Origin: Bacillota bacterium
GTDB lineage: Bacteria > Bacillota > UBA994
Length of the DNA stretch: 64,000 nt
Assembly (NCBI GenBank): GCA_009773495.1
Contig: WSXW01000001.1
Coordinates: 128,088 to 192,087, forward strand
Reading direction: 5' to 3'
Shown one piece after another: positions 49,738-60,601 of this stretch. Positions within the stretch are counted from its first letter, which is position 1. Each line of letters opens with the position of its first letter. The notes below the pieces were generated by a model. The model worked only from the letters and a program-made list of their open reading frames with translations. It was not told the origin of the DNA and did not search any database. The position numbers were made by a program, and so were the translations under genes.

Positions 49738-50489
49738 CTCGCTGTACTTCTTATCTGAGACAAGAAAACGTAGCTTTCCAGTCTCTTCTCAAGTTTAATA
49801 TAGATAATTCTATCTAAGACTGCTGCTACCTCTTTTTCGCCGGGAATACCTGTTGGCAGAGCCTCGAGGCGTCGCCAGTCGCCGCCACAGAGAGTCTTTA
49901 GCAAGCTATATGCCGCCAAACTTATTGTTAGGAGGGGTTTTTCCCCCGCACCACCTGGTATGCAGGCAGAGCAAGGAAAACCTAGGTTTTGTATGCTAAA
50001 TTTGGCCCCCATTTTCCCACCACATACAGGGCAGCTCTCTAGAGAAAGGCCCCACCCTAGTCTGCTCAACAACCGTAATTCATAGAAGGCCAAGAGCAGC
50101 TCTAGGTGATCAGTATGGGACAAAATGTGTAAACAGGCAATCAGCAGGCTGAGTATATCATCGTGGCTTTGCCCTTCCTCGAGGGTTGCGTCAATCATCT
50201 CTAACATATATATCCCATACGCCATTCTGCCCAGATCTTCACGCAAAGGTCTGAACCCTTCAATGAGCTCTACTTGACTGAATGTGTGGACACTCTTTCC
50301 CTGATACACTGTAAACCGAATATTGCAGAAAAGTTGCGTGAGAGAGGCATAGCGGCTTTGGATCTTGCGAGCGCCTTTTGCCACTATCTTCAGCCTACCC
50401 TGCCCTTGTGTGAAAACCGTAAGTAGTTTGTCCCACTCACCAAGATTCATGGAGCGCAGGACAATCCCTTCACCCTTAAACTGACCCAT
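49734..50489 (-). CDS. recO: DNA repair protein RecO
   Basis: start probably the internal M (MGQFKGEGIVLR); C-terminal zinc motif CPVCG...CSAC. Confidence 0.8.
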   Translation of the reverse strand: MGQFKGEGIVLRSMNLGEWDKLLTVFTQGQGRLKIVAKGARKIQSRYASLTQLFCNIRFTVYQGKSVHTFSQVELIEGFRPLREDLGRMAYGIYMLEMIDATLEEGQSHDDILSLLIACLHILSHTDHLELLLAFYELRLLSRLGWGLSLESCPVCGGKMGAKFSIQNLGFPCSACIPGGAGEKPLLTISLAAYSLLKTLCGGDWRRLEALPTGIPGEKEVAAVLDRIIYIKLEKRLESYVFLSQIRSTAR

Positions 50490-51147
50490 GCCGTGATTTG
50501 CTCTCTTCGACAATAGCCACTCCCGAACTGGTACCAATACGGCTAGCTCCAGCTTCGATCATAGCCAAGGTGGCTTCCAGTGTTCTGACGCCGCCCGAAG
50601 CCTTAACCCCTATTTCGGGCCCCACTGTCTGTCTCATCAACGCCACATCGGCTATTGTGGCTCCACCGGGACCAAAGCCAGTAGAAGTCTTAACATAGGC
50701 TGCGCCTGCCGTCTTAGCCAGCTGACACACCGTTACTTTATCGGCATCAGAAAGTAATGCTGCTTCAATGATAACTTTGACCGGAACGTCATCCGCTGCT
50801 ATTACAACAGCCCTAATGTCGGCCTCTACTTGTGAGTGTAGTCCGGCTTTCAGCCAACCCACATTGATGACCATATCAATCTCCGTGGCGCCATCCTTAA
50901 CAGCAAATGAAGTCTCCGCCGACTTCGCCGCAGTAGATGTAGCCCCTAATGGAAAGCCAACTACACTAGCTACATGAATACCATTCGCTACCAAACTCTT
51001 GGCTAACGAAACATAACAGGCGTTTACGCACACTGCAGCAAAACCATATTCATTGGCTTCGTGACACAACTTTATGATCTCCTTAGGAGCGGCCTCAGCC
51101 TTGAGAACGGTGTGATCTATGTACTTGGCAAGTACGTTTGGTTCCAT
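50476..51147 (-). CDS. deoC: deoxyribose-phosphate aldolase
   Basis: class I aldolase; Schiff-base Lys region. Confidence 0.85.
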   Translation of the reverse strand: MEPNVLAKYIDHTVLKAEAAPKEIIKLCHEANEYGFAAVCVNACYVSLAKSLVANGIHVASVVGFPLGATSTAAKSAETSFAVKDGATEIDMVINVGWLKAGLHSQVEADIRAVVIAADDVPVKVIIEAALLSDADKVTVCQLAKTAGAAYVKTSTGFGPGGATIADVALMRQTVGPEIGVKASGGVRTLEATLAMIEAGASRIGTSSGVAIVEESKSRHGSV

Positions 51148-51158
51148 TGATATTCCTC

Positions 51159-52046
51159 CTATTTCTCTCTCTCATAACCTAGCATTTTGAGATCATTGTC
51201 TTTATTGCGCCAGTCCTTGCGCACCTTGACCCATAACTCTAGATGGACGCGGCTACCTAGCAACGCTTCGATGTCAATACGTGCTGCTGTACCAACGGCC
51301 TGCAGCATGGAGCCCTGTTTGCCGATAATAATCCCCTTCTGGGAGTCCCGCTCCACATAGATGTTAGCTGCCACATGAACGATATGACCCTTATCCTGCA
51401 TGCTCTCCACGAGGACTGCACAAGAGTGGGGTATCTCGTCTCGAGTAAGCTCGAGTATTTTCTCTCGAATAATCTCACCTGCCACAAATCGCTCTGGCTG
51501 GTCAATAATCATGTCTTCGGGATAATACTGTGGACCAGGTGGCAGATGCTCACGCATGTACACGAGCAGTGCCTCTACACCATCACCGCTAACAGCAGAG
51601 AGGGCAAAGGCAGCACTAAATGGGTAGGCGCTCTTAAAAGCTGACAAGGCGGTCTCAACCACTTCTGGCGCGACTGTATCCACCTTATTGACGATAAGGA
51701 CCACGTTTCCCCTAGTAGGGAAACGTTCAATTATGAACCGGTCCCCTTTACCTACTACCGTATCGGGTTCTACCACATACCAGAGTTGATCCACCTCGCC
51801 GAAAGTGTGGACGGCCTTCTCTACTAATTGCTCGCCTAACTTATGATGAGGTTTATGTATACCAGGGGTGTCAAGGAATATGGCTTGCATATTATCCTCA
51901 GTATAGATACAGCGAATTTTGTTACGGGTAGTCTGTGGTTTGTCGCTGACTATGAGTATTTTTTCACCCAAGACGCGGTTAAGTAAGGTAGATTTGCCGA
52001 CGTTGGGCCGCCCCACTACTGAGATAAAGCCTGAACGGTAGGTCAA
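51159..52046 (-). CDS. era: GTPase Era
   Basis: GRPNVGKST P-loop; KH domain. Confidence 0.9.
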   Translation of the reverse strand: MTYRSGFISVVGRPNVGKSTLLNRVLGEKILIVSDKPQTTRNKIRCIYTEDNMQAIFLDTPGIHKPHHKLGEQLVEKAVHTFGEVDQLWYVVEPDTVVGKGDRFIIERFPTRGNVVLIVNKVDTVAPEVVETALSAFKSAYPFSAAFALSAVSGDGVEALLVYMREHLPPGPQYYPEDMIIDQPERFVAGEIIREKILELTRDEIPHSCAVLVESMQDKGHIVHVAANIYVERDSQKGIIIGKQGSMLQAVGTAARIDIEALLGSRVHLELWVKVRKDWRNKDNDLKMLGYEREK

Positions 52047-52450
52047 TGGTTATCCTCCTTGGCTAAAAATTCTGGCCCAAAGGAACCTGGAAGCAGCAGC
52101 TTAATCGTGGTTTCTCGCACGGCGCCGTCTCCGGCTACTAAGTATACCGGGAAATCAGTCCCGAATTCGCGCAGTACTTGCCGACACGCCCCGCAAGGCG
52201 AAGGAGCACCTATTTCTACTGCAATTGCTACGCCTTGGATTTGCCGAGCACCGCTAGAAATGGCCGCCGCCACCGCACTTCTTTCCGCGCAAATGGTTAA
52301 GCCGTAAGAAGCGTTTTCAATGTTGACGCCTTTAAAAACATCTTGCCCCGCCAACACTGCAGCCCCGACTCGGTAGCCCGAATAAGGGGCGTAGGCCTGT
52401 TGTAGGGCTTCTTGCGCTGCCTTAACTAACTCTTGTTTCATGGGCACCAC
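52043..52450 (-). CDS. cdd: cytidine deaminase
   Basis: CAERSA and PCGACRQ zinc motifs. Confidence 0.9.
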   Translation of the reverse strand: MVPMKQELVKAAQEALQQAYAPYSGYRVGAAVLAGQDVFKGVNIENASYGLTICAERSAVAAAISSGARQIQGVAIAVEIGAPSPCGACRQVLREFGTDFPVYLVAGDGAVRETTIKLLLPGSFGPEFLAKEDNH

Positions 52451-53386
52451 CTATCTATATTGTACCGTAGTCAGTATGGGTACTACATGTATTATTGTCT
52501 TTCCGGATGTAAGCTGCCATTCCTCTCCTTTAGAATCGAGAAACTTTGTAGCCCCAGAGGGAGAGTCTTTGACCCAGATACCCGAGTGTGCTTGCCCTTT
52601 CGTAAAGAAATACGCCGGGCCACTCGCTAAAAGCTCAACTGAAACCTCAGCTCCATCCCGCACCGTGGTCTGCTGGATCAGAATGTTCTCTACCACATAC
52701 TCTTCCTTGGTACCCTCGGTTGTTCGCTCGTATAATCCACTATTTATATATCTGTACTCTACACTGTAGCCTCCAGGATAGCGCAAGTTGATCTGTGTCA
52801 CAGTACCGGGATGCCGTGTGGTAAAAACCCACCTTCTTCCGGCATAATCGTCATTAACACTCTGACCTACATAATCCCTAGCCTGAGCAATGTTCGAATA
52901 GAGGTTATGGGGGGCAACTCTTCCGCCATCTCGCCAGATCGGCTGCGAATTAATGCTAGTTAGGTCAACATGGGTACCCCCCATGGCCTCAACTGCCCCC
53001 GAAAAAGAAAGAGATTCGCCATGGTGCATTATGATAGCGTCATATTCTGCCGCTATCAACGTGAAAAAGCCCCTCGCACTCCTAATAGGACCTATGATAC
53101 TGGAACTAGTGCCATTAGTCAAAAGCAGAAACCTTGTCATCCCACCCTCTACGGGAACTTCGTAGATGATATCAGCTGCGGCAATCCCGTCTTGCGGACG
53201 GGCCTGAGGATGGTTATCTACGACCCACAGTAGAGGGGAGGTCGGATAAGGTTCCTTACCTGTAAGCGGGCTCAAGTGCTCTGAGGGTACGACAATGGGA
53301 GGGTCCACTGGCTTGGGCAGAGGATTGCAGCCCACCAGCAGTAACAACATACACAGAAAGAGAGGTGAGCTCCGCTTCATCCACAT
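52451..53386 (-). CDS. DUF3048-family lipoprotein (YerB-like)
   Basis: lipobox LLVGC. Confidence 0.6.
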   Translation of the reverse strand: MWMKRSSPLFLCMLLLLVGCNPLPKPVDPPIVVPSEHLSPLTGKEPYPTSPLLWVVDNHPQARPQDGIAAADIIYEVPVEGGMTRFLLLTNGTSSSIIGPIRSARGFFTLIAAEYDAIIMHHGESLSFSGAVEAMGGTHVDLTSINSQPIWRDGGRVAPHNLYSNIAQARDYVGQSVNDDYAGRRWVFTTRHPGTVTQINLRYPGGYSVEYRYINSGLYERTTEGTKEEYVVENILIQQTTVRDGAEVSVELLASGPAYFFTKGQAHSGIWVKDSPSGATKFLDSKGEEWQLTSGKTIIHVVPILTTVQYR

Positions 53387-53397
53387 TGGACACCCTC

Positions 53398-54441
53398 CTA
53401 TCGTAAAGGTGCGTAGGCCGGCAAGGTTAGGTAAGCGAGTTTCTCTACTTCCAATTTGATACCCTTGGTGGCAAGCAAGGTTGTACGTACTAGGCTCAGG
53501 CTCGAAGCCAAGATATTGGCATCACCTACAGCCTCTAATACAACAGGGTTTACAGCTACAGGGCGTTGATTAACAAGAATTATAGGGCCCGCGCAGCGAA
53601 CGGCTGTTTGGGCTGTAATACGTTCACCTCCCACTGCTACTCCCAAGGCACCTGCGGCATTCAGTTCATTAATTATGTCGCGCACATCAGAATCATGGAC
53701 TATCTCATCCTCGGTAAAGCCGCCAAAAGCATCCCACAACTTGATTCGTACTCCAGGGCCTGTGAGCGAGAGAAACCCCGCGCTACTGCGAATGGACTGC
53801 ATCTCCACCCGCAGGGCTGTAAGTTCCTGCTCTTGAGCACTAACACGATCTGTAAGAGTTCGCTGAGTAGGTACACGAATCTGACCGTTGTCAATCTCCA
53901 CTACAACATAGGGGAAAGCGTGCTGCAAGGCTGAATTGCGACTGAGCTCAGCCACTGTTGCGGCATCAACAAGGTTTAGTGGATCAATTATCTTAATGTC
54001 TTTGGCTTCATCACGGCTAAGTGTAACACTGGCCTTGCCCGTGCGAGCCAATATTACAGAGCTCCGGCTAAAAACTGACACAATGGCCTCGCGACGCATT
54101 GTCTCTTCCTCACGCGCCATTACAGCTTGCGTCTCAAATAACCCCTTCTGCAAGGCCTGCGAGACCTCATCTACAGTACGTGCCCTTTTTACATCGTAGT
54201 GCAGTCTGGCAATCGACTCCTGGACTGCAGCGTTGCTGCTAAAGCCCTGCCCCTCCGCCAATCGAGTAATGTGCCCAGCAACCAGCTCCGCGCCGTTGCG
54301 TGCCTGCGATAGCTCGCTCTGCTCCCCTGGCAAGCGGTACAACCCCTGCACGCGTCCCAAGACAATAATATTGAGAAAAAGCACGACCGCGACTACAACG
54401 TTAAGCCACGGTCGCTCTGAACGGGATGTATTGTATTTCAT
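53398..54441 (-). CDS. DUF881-family membrane protein
   Basis: LTGPGV...LNELNAAGA signature; start at ATG 54441 with AGGAGGTGG RBS. Confidence 0.6.
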   Translation of the reverse strand: MKYNTSRSERPWLNVVVAVVLFLNIIVLGRVQGLYRLPGEQSELSQARNGAELVAGHITRLAEGQGFSSNAAVQESIARLHYDVKRARTVDEVSQALQKGLFETQAVMAREEETMRREAIVSVFSRSSVILARTGKASVTLSRDEAKDIKIIDPLNLVDAATVAELSRNSALQHAFPYVVVEIDNGQIRVPTQRTLTDRVSAQEQELTALRVEMQSIRSSAGFLSLTGPGVRIKLWDAFGGFTEDEIVHDSDVRDIINELNAAGALGVAVGGERITAQTAVRCAGPIILVNQRPVAVNPVVLEAVGDANILASSLSLVRTTLLATKGIKLEVEKLAYLTLPAYAPLR

Positions 54442-54484
54442 CGGTCGCCACCTCCTAAAGCTTAAGTGAGGCCTCTTAGGGGTT

Positions 54485-54520
54485 ACTACGCCGTACACGG
54501 TAAATGGTGGCCTGCGCGGG
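54485..54520. repeat. heptamer repeat (GTACACG GTAAATG GTGGCCT GCGCGGG GGTGGCT)
   Basis: same GTACAYG family as 8817-8851 and 25619-25646. Confidence 0.55.
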
Positions 54521-54525
54521 GGTGG

Positions 54526-54897
54526 CTAGATCCCAAACTTCACCCGCAGATATGGCACAAATATGATCAGCCCAATTACGACTGCAACTACAGCCACAAC
54601 TAGAACTGCACTGGCTGCCAGTCTTTTGGCAAATGCTGCTAGAGGATTATCGTTAGGCTCGGCTAAATCCACAGCGCGTTCGATGGCAGAATTGACGAGC
54701 TCCATGGAGATTACAGCTGCTATAACAAGCAAAATGACAACCCACTGCCAAGGTTCTAGACCTAAGTATAGTCCCAGCAAAATAGCCAGGGCAGCAAGAG
54801 CAAAGTGTATCCGCATGTTGCGTTCCTCTCGTAGAGCCAGGCTCATACCTATGAAGGCATCTGTAAAGCTGTCAATTAACGAATGGGCTCTTTTCAC
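54526..54897 (-). CDS. dgkA: diacylglycerol/undecaprenol kinase
   Basis: 123 aa, 3 TM. Confidence 0.85.
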   Translation of the reverse strand: MKRAHSLIDSFTDAFIGMSLALREERNMRIHFALAALAILLGLYLGLEPWQWVVILLVIAAVISMELVNSAIERAVDLAEPNDNPLAAFAKRLAASAVLVVAVVAVVIGLIIFVPYLRVKFGI

Positions 54898-55352
54898 CTC
54901 AAATACCCGAGCTCACGTACTATCTCGTCATTTAAGGCGCTCATCTCGCCTTCGTTGTCATCGTCGTGATCAAAGCCTGCCAAGTGCAGTAAGCCATGGA
55001 CCAAGAGATACGCTATCTCTCTCTCTAGACTATGACCATATTCCTCTGACTGAGCCTTTGCACGCTCCACAGAGATGATAATATCGCCTAACATTAGTGG
55101 AGCGTTATCGGGAACGATGAACTCCTCCCCTTCTTCTAATGCAAACGATAACACATCAGTTGGACCTACTTTGCCACGGTAGTGTAGGTTAAGCTCTGCT
55201 ATAGCTTCGTCGTCAACAAAAGCCACGCTGACTTCCCCGTGCGCAGGAAGCTTGAGCTTTGCAGCGACAGAGTCCCCCGCTCTATCGAGTAGCTGTTCCA
55301 GCTCCTCCGGTAAACTCGCTTTTTCCTGGTCGTTGCTCCATAACACCTGCAT
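54894..55352 (-). CDS. ybeY: rRNA maturation endoribonuclease YbeY
   Basis: HGLLHLAGFDH zinc motif. Confidence 0.9.
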   Translation of the reverse strand: MQVLWSNDQEKASLPEELEQLLDRAGDSVAAKLKLPAHGEVSVAFVDDEAIAELNLHYRGKVGPTDVLSFALEEGEEFIVPDNAPLMLGDIIISVERAKAQSEEYGHSLEREIAYLLVHGLLHLAGFDHDDDNEGEMSALNDEIVRELGYLR

Positions 55353-57396
55353 GTTTTAGTTTACCTCCTCGCTCTGGATATTCAATGCGGTGATGGAAAA
55401 TGCCCGATAGATGACGTACAAAAGCGGTCCCGATTATATCAAGGTCTCTTAGAGTAAGGTCGCTCTCATCTAGCTGGCCCGTAAAAAGTTTCTCACGAAT
55501 TAAGTCCCTGACTTTCTGCTCTATTTTAACAGGAGTGGGAGAATCAATTGAACGGACTGCAGCCTCTACAATATCCGCTAGCATGACGATAGCAGATTCT
55601 TTCGTTCGAGGGCGCGGACCTTCATACATGAAATCTTCTTCACGCGCGGCAGGGTTAGTCTCCTGTGCCTTGCTATAGAAGTACTGAACTAACGAAGTTC
55701 CATGATGTTCACGGATAATGTCGATTATTATCTCGGGAACTTTATATTCCGTTGCTAGCTTCACCCCATCTTTGGCATGACTAGTAATAATGAGCGAGCT
55801 CAAATGCGGCGGATAATCGTTATGCGGATTCTCCATCATGGTTTGATTCTCTATAAAGAAATATGGCCTTTCTATCTTGCCAACATCATGATAATAGGCG
55901 CCAACTCGTGCCCGCAATGCATCGGCACCCACTCGCTCAGCAGCCGCCTCGGCCAAGTTGGCCACAATAATACTGTGATGGTAGGTCCCTGGCGCTTCAA
56001 CTAAGAGCCGCTTTAGCAGCTCTTGATGTGGATTAGCTAGCTCAGCGAGCTTAATTGTAGACGTAACACCAAAGGTGTTCTCCAAAAATGGCAACGAGCC
56101 GATGGCGAAGACCGAGGATACAACTCCACCGCCAAACCCTAGCAGTGCGTCGCGCAGCGAGTCGCTCCCTGACCCCCCAAACAACAGGGCAAAGGACAAA
56201 ATAGCTAAAGCGTTTACTCCGCCTACTATTACGCCGCCGCGCACAAGGCTACCTCTATGCTCATTTTGCGACACCGCGTAGACGCCGGCAGCTGTACCAA
56301 ATAAAGCTACCATAACAAACCGTACTTCAAACCCTACTAGCCCCCCTGAAAGCATGCCCAGCGAAAAACCAGCGACCAGAGCTAATTTGGGCTCAATAAG
56401 AACAGTTAGAAGGATACTCACTGCTGCGACGGGGATGAGGTACCCTGAAAGCAGTGAGGCTCCATAAGTCAAGACTGCCCCCAGCATAAAAACAACTCCC
56501 GTAAGTGCTAAATTGCGCGAATCTTTCTGTAGCTTATCGCCTAAAAAAAATATATAGAGGGTCGGCAGCAGCAGGATCAACAGAGCGTAGAGTAAGCTTC
56601 CAGACACAATTTTCCAATCGATACTGGTGCGCAACAAGCCTAAGTCCTGCAGTACATTGATCTCACGCTCCGTAGCAATTTCACCCAGGCCGATGATCTT
56701 TTGGCCTTTTTGTACTATAACCGGCTGAACCCGACTAGCAGCTTCCTGTTTCAGCTTCTGGGTAGAGGCCTCGTTGAGGCGCATATTGGCCCGCATAGCG
56801 CTACGCGCAATATCCGTTAGCAGAACCCGATATTGAGCCTTAAGGCTCGATGTAGATAGCGCACTGCTCACTGTGTTTCTGGCATTATCAAGTCCATCTA
56901 GTTTTATACCCAGTCGGTATACTGGCTCTAGGGCCAGTGTTAGTTCCCCAACCATTTGTTCTTCCAATTGTTCATCAATAGTCAGACCGGTACGAACCAC
57001 GGCATCACTAAGCTCATACCTTATCTCCTTGCGCACAAACTCCATGCGCTGTTGCTCGTTCATTTGTGCATCTGAGGCGGCTACACGTAAGATAGCAAAG
57101 ATCTCGCGCGATTCCTTTAATACTTGTTCTAACGTCGTAGGGTCCTGTTCATAAACTTCTGCCACTCCATTAGATGCCTCTGTCTTAAGCACCGTGGTGG
57201 TGAATCTATCCTCTACCATACGAGGTGCCCCGATGTATTTAGGGCTGGCCTGGCCAATTTCCAGCACGACGGCCTCAGGCACTAATTTTAGTATCAGAAT
57301 ACTCGATACAAGTGCATACACAACCAGAAACAACGCACCATGTTTAATCCACGTGCGCTTGCTGAGTTTACGCATCAGCAATCTAAGATATGTCAT
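55282..57396 (-). CDS. pgpH: 7TM receptor with intracellular HD hydrolase (PgpH/YqfF)
   Basis: 7TMR-HDED architecture; 70-nt overlap with ybeY. Confidence 0.85.
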   Translation of the reverse strand: MTYLRLLMRKLSKRTWIKHGALFLVVYALVSSILILKLVPEAVVLEIGQASPKYIGAPRMVEDRFTTTVLKTEASNGVAEVYEQDPTTLEQVLKESREIFAILRVAASDAQMNEQQRMEFVRKEIRYELSDAVVRTGLTIDEQLEEQMVGELTLALEPVYRLGIKLDGLDNARNTVSSALSTSSLKAQYRVLLTDIARSAMRANMRLNEASTQKLKQEAASRVQPVIVQKGQKIIGLGEIATEREINVLQDLGLLRTSIDWKIVSGSLLYALLILLLPTLYIFFLGDKLQKDSRNLALTGVVFMLGAVLTYGASLLSGYLIPVAAVSILLTVLIEPKLALVAGFSLGMLSGGLVGFEVRFVMVALFGTAAGVYAVSQNEHRGSLVRGGVIVGGVNALAILSFALLFGGSGSDSLRDALLGFGGGVVSSVFAIGSLPFLENTFGVTSTIKLAELANPHQELLKRLLVEAPGTYHHSIIVANLAEAAAERVGADALRARVGAYYHDVGKIERPYFFIENQTMMENPHNDYPPHLSSLIITSHAKDGVKLATEYKVPEIIIDIIREHHGTSLVQYFYSKAQETNPAAREEDFMYEGPRPRTKESAIVMLADIVEAAVRSIDSPTPVKIEQKVRDLIREKLFTGQLDESDLTLRDLDIIGTAFVRHLSGIFHHRIEYPERGGKLKHAGVMEQRPGKSEFTGGAGTATR

Positions 57397-58374
57397 TTAC
57401 CCGCCTTCCCGAGTGGAGCTCGCCTCGTAAGCCTGAATGATCTTCTGTACTAAAGCGTGCCTCACTACATCGTGATGCGTCAAGTGAACGAATGCTATAC
57501 CATCTACCTGCGACAAAACAGCCCTAGCATCATGTAATCCAGACAATCTGCCCTTAGGCAAATCTACCTGAGTGAGATCACCAGTTACGACTGCACGCGA
57601 TCCAAAGCCAAGTCGGGTAAGGAACATCTTCATCTGTTCAGGCGTAGTGTTTTGCGCCTCATCAAGAATGACGCAGGCATCGTCAAGGGTTCGGCCCCTC
57701 ATATACGCTAGTGGAGCAACCTCAATTGTACCTTTCTCCATGTGCCTCTGAAATGTTTCTACTCCTAAAATATCAAACAACGCATCATACAACGGCCGCA
57801 GATACGGGTCAATTTTATCCTGCAAATCGCCGGGCAAAAAGCCTAGCTTTTCCCCTGCCTCCACTGCCGGACGAGTCAAAATGAGTCGACTAACTTCCCT
57901 CGCCTTGAGAGAGGCTACGGCGTGTGCCATAGCCAAGTATGTCTTTCCGGTACCAGCCGGCCCTATGCCAAATACTATATCGTGTTTACGGAGAGCTTCA
58001 ACATAGAGTTTCTGCCCCATGGTCTTGGGCCTTATTTGCTTCCCTCGTGAAGTCTGTACCACCACCTCATTGGCCATATCGACCATTCTTACGGTTTGGC
58101 CTTCTGATACTACTCGTAAGAGATAAGTGACGTCACCACGGCTTAATTCTCCACCGCTGCGCAGGACCTCTAACATGCCCTTAACCACTTCCTCTACTTT
58201 CGCAACTTGAAAAGACTGACCTGAAACAACCATCTCATTGTCTCTGCTATAGATGCGAACAGGAAAAACAGCTTCGATCGCTCTAACATTTTCATCATGC
58301 ATTCCAAATAGCGCGAGTGCTTCTGTATTATCTCGGATTACCAATTTTACTTCCTTAACGTCGATGTGCGACAA
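57397..58374 (-). CDS. phoH: PhoH-family ATPase
   Basis: GPAGTGKT. Confidence 0.9.
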   Translation of the reverse strand: MSHIDVKEVKLVIRDNTEALALFGMHDENVRAIEAVFPVRIYSRDNEMVVSGQSFQVAKVEEVVKGMLEVLRSGGELSRGDVTYLLRVVSEGQTVRMVDMANEVVVQTSRGKQIRPKTMGQKLYVEALRKHDIVFGIGPAGTGKTYLAMAHAVASLKAREVSRLILTRPAVEAGEKLGFLPGDLQDKIDPYLRPLYDALFDILGVETFQRHMEKGTIEVAPLAYMRGRTLDDACVILDEAQNTTPEQMKMFLTRLGFGSRAVVTGDLTQVDLPKGRLSGLHDARAVLSQVDGIAFVHLTHHDVVRHALVQKIIQAYEASSTREGG

Positions 58375-58389
58375 CTCCCTTTTTAGTTG

Positions 58390-59562
58390 TTAATAAGGAA
58401 TAAATTGACCAATATCTTCGTGAGCTTCCACCAAAACACGGACAGTTACGGTGTTACCATCAAGCGACCACTGTTCAGTCAATTTCTTGTCTACCACCAC
58501 TGTATGTTCAGGTAGCAGTTCGTTAATCATTGCCTTGGCGTTTCCTGCTGCCTCAAGCCGTGCAACCTCGACCGAGACTACCTCATTTTCTAAGGCCAAC
58601 TCCCTGTAGGTTATGGTGATATGTTCGACACCCGGTAGCAAAATCCTTTTTGCCACAGTGCTTTCGTAGAGTTCGAACGGACTTACCCGAGCACCAGCCA
58701 CGAAGAACTCTCGAATTCCCACACGCACCACTTCGGTCACGGCAAGTATCCCCGTCGGTCTCTGGACACTACGTGAAACCTGAGCGTGTCCAAAAGCTTC
58801 ATACCATACCCGCGCCTCGACAATACCTTCGGCCATTACTTGCCCTGCTACCTGCTCCTCGATTACTACTTCACCCCTAATAAGAATTTGTCCGGGTGAT
58901 ACAGTCTGGCCATTCGTAGCAACTGCCTGACCGCTAGTAGCAATAACCTTGATAAGCACTCCAGACTTCGCCGCTACTACATCACCGGGCATACGCAGCG
59001 GAGGTGTCACAACCACCTTATCCACCAGTTTAACATGAACCCGACTTCCTGCAATGGAAATACCTGCCCACACTAGCTCAGGATATTCTCTGAGGATAGC
59101 AGATGCGACGCCGTCTAGGTCAGGCGAGGTACGCCACGCCCCCACATAAAGTCCTTGAGTACGCATGTATGCCCCGAGCTCAGCTGTCGTTACTGTTTCG
59201 CTGCCCTCAATTTCTATAAACCACACAAACGACGACAAGAACCACAGAAGCAACACAAAGAATACAGCCCCCCATGAGAAGGTCGCTCTCCGCTGCATAC
59301 GTTGCAGCATGAAAGGTAAGCCATGCCGCCCTAGTACTCGTACTTCGCAACGTTGTTGTCGGGCAGGCCTCCGCATAGCCTTAAAACCAGCTATGCTCGT
59401 ATACATTAGAATGGAATTGCTGCGCGTACGCACCGCCCACTGTGGAATGCCTTTTGTGGCACAAGCGTTGAGAAAGCGCACTCGGTCTTTCCCTGAAACA
59501 CTAACGATAAGATAGCCAAAGAAATGTGCAAACAGCCTATCGATCATTGGCATCTTCCTCAA
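58390..59562 (-). CDS. yqfD: sporulation protein YqfD
   Basis: synteny and size. Confidence 0.7.
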   Translation of the reverse strand: MRKMPMIDRLFAHFFGYLIVSVSGKDRVRFLNACATKGIPQWAVRTRSNSILMYTSIAGFKAMRRPARQQRCEVRVLGRHGLPFMLQRMQRRATFSWGAVFFVLLLWFLSSFVWFIEIEGSETVTTAELGAYMRTQGLYVGAWRTSPDLDGVASAILREYPELVWAGISIAGSRVHVKLVDKVVVTPPLRMPGDVVAAKSGVLIKVIATSGQAVATNGQTVSPGQILIRGEVVIEEQVAGQVMAEGIVEARVWYEAFGHAQVSRSVQRPTGILAVTEVVRVGIREFFVAGARVSPFELYESTVAKRILLPGVEHITITYRELALENEVVSVEVARLEAAGNAKAMINELLPEHTVVVDKKLTEQWSLDGNTVTVRVLVEAHEDIGQFIPY

Positions 59563-59818
59563 ATAGCAACGCCTTAATCGAACCGTCTACTACAATCTCG
59601 TCAGCATGGATGCTCCGTAGAGTTAGGTCATCACCATTTATTACTAGAGTCCCTCGCTCTAGAGCAATGCGAACATAGCTACCATCGAAATCCTCAATAC
59701 CGCGGTGGTTCTCAATGACTAGCTGCAGGTCGCCTACTAGAGTAATGCGTGGCAAATTGAGAACGAGGTCCCTCGGGAGATCGACAACTGCACCAATCAG
59801 ATTCTTTAACGAAGGCAA
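59537..59818 (-). CDS. yqfC: sporulation protein YqfC
   Basis: 93 aa; conserved partner of yqfD. Confidence 0.7.
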   Translation of the reverse strand: MPSLKNLIGAVVDLPRDLVLNLPRITLVGDLQLVIENHRGIEDFDGSYVRIALERGTLVINGDDLTLRSIHADEIVVDGSIKALLFEEDANDR

Positions 59819-59945
59819 ATTTCTGCACCCCCTCTTAGAAGATTATGAGGCAGGTGTTAACTCCATAACAAAAAGGATGCACAGACTTCTACACAGAGGA
59901 GACTTCATTGTTCCACTTCCGTTACCTTACTTTGCCCGATAAAAG

Positions 59946-59973
59946 CAAAAAAGCACCCGATCAAGGGCGCTTT
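59946..59973 (-). terminator. terminator after rpsU
   Basis: AAAAAGCACCCGATCAAGGGCGCTTTTT. Confidence 0.6.
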
Positions 59974-59987
59974 TTCTCTAATAATCC

Positions 59988-60164
59988 TTAGAAGAACTTA
60001 CGCTTACGTGCTGCCTCTGACTTTTTCTTACGGCGAACACTCGGTTTGTCATAATGCTCGCGCTTGCGGACTTCAGAAAGAACCCCGGACCGTTGGCACT
60101 GGCGTTTGAAACGTTTTAGTGCTTGGTCAAGGCTTTCGTCCTTACGAACCTTAACTTCTGACAT
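59988..60164 (-). CDS. rpsU: 30S ribosomal protein S21
   Basis: [22 protein letters not shown]...; GGAGGGAGGGAG RBS; track ORF over-extended. Confidence 0.9.
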   Translation of the reverse strand: MSEVKVRKDESLDQALKRFKRQCQRSGVLSEVRKREHYDKPSVRRKKKSEAARKRKFF

Positions 60165-60265
60165 TGAATCTCCCTCCCTCCGCCTACCAACAAATGCTCG
60201 GAGAAGTCCCGGGTACGTTTTACAATACCTTCCGATATTATAACCATTACCGAAACAGGTGTCAA

Positions 60266-60601
60266 CTAGCCCGGGGGCCACTCAAGGTGTCTTCCTCCTA
60301 ATAAATGGAAATGCAAGTGGTTAACCATTTGCCCGCCGTATTTACCAGCGTTGTTGACAACACGGAAACCATCCTCACTCAAACCCAGTGTAGCAGCGAG
60401 TTTACTAATGGCGAGAATGACGTGCCCCGCTATTTTCTCCACTCCAGGCGTATCGATACGCTCCAGATGATCTTTCGAAATAAGAACCACGTGCACGGGT
60501 GCAACAGGGCTAATATCGCGGAAGGCACACACGAATTCATCCTCATATATGATATTCGTTGGAATCTCGCCGGAGACTATTCTGCAAAAGATACACGCCA
60601 T
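60266..60601 (-). CDS. HIT-family nucleotide hydrolase
   Basis: HLHFHLL histidine triad. Confidence 0.85.
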   Translation of the reverse strand: MACIFCRIVSGEIPTNIIYEDEFVCAFRDISPVAPVHVVLISKDHLERIDTPGVEKIAGHVILAISKLAATLGLSEDGFRVVNNAGKYGGQMVNHLHFHLLGGRHLEWPPG

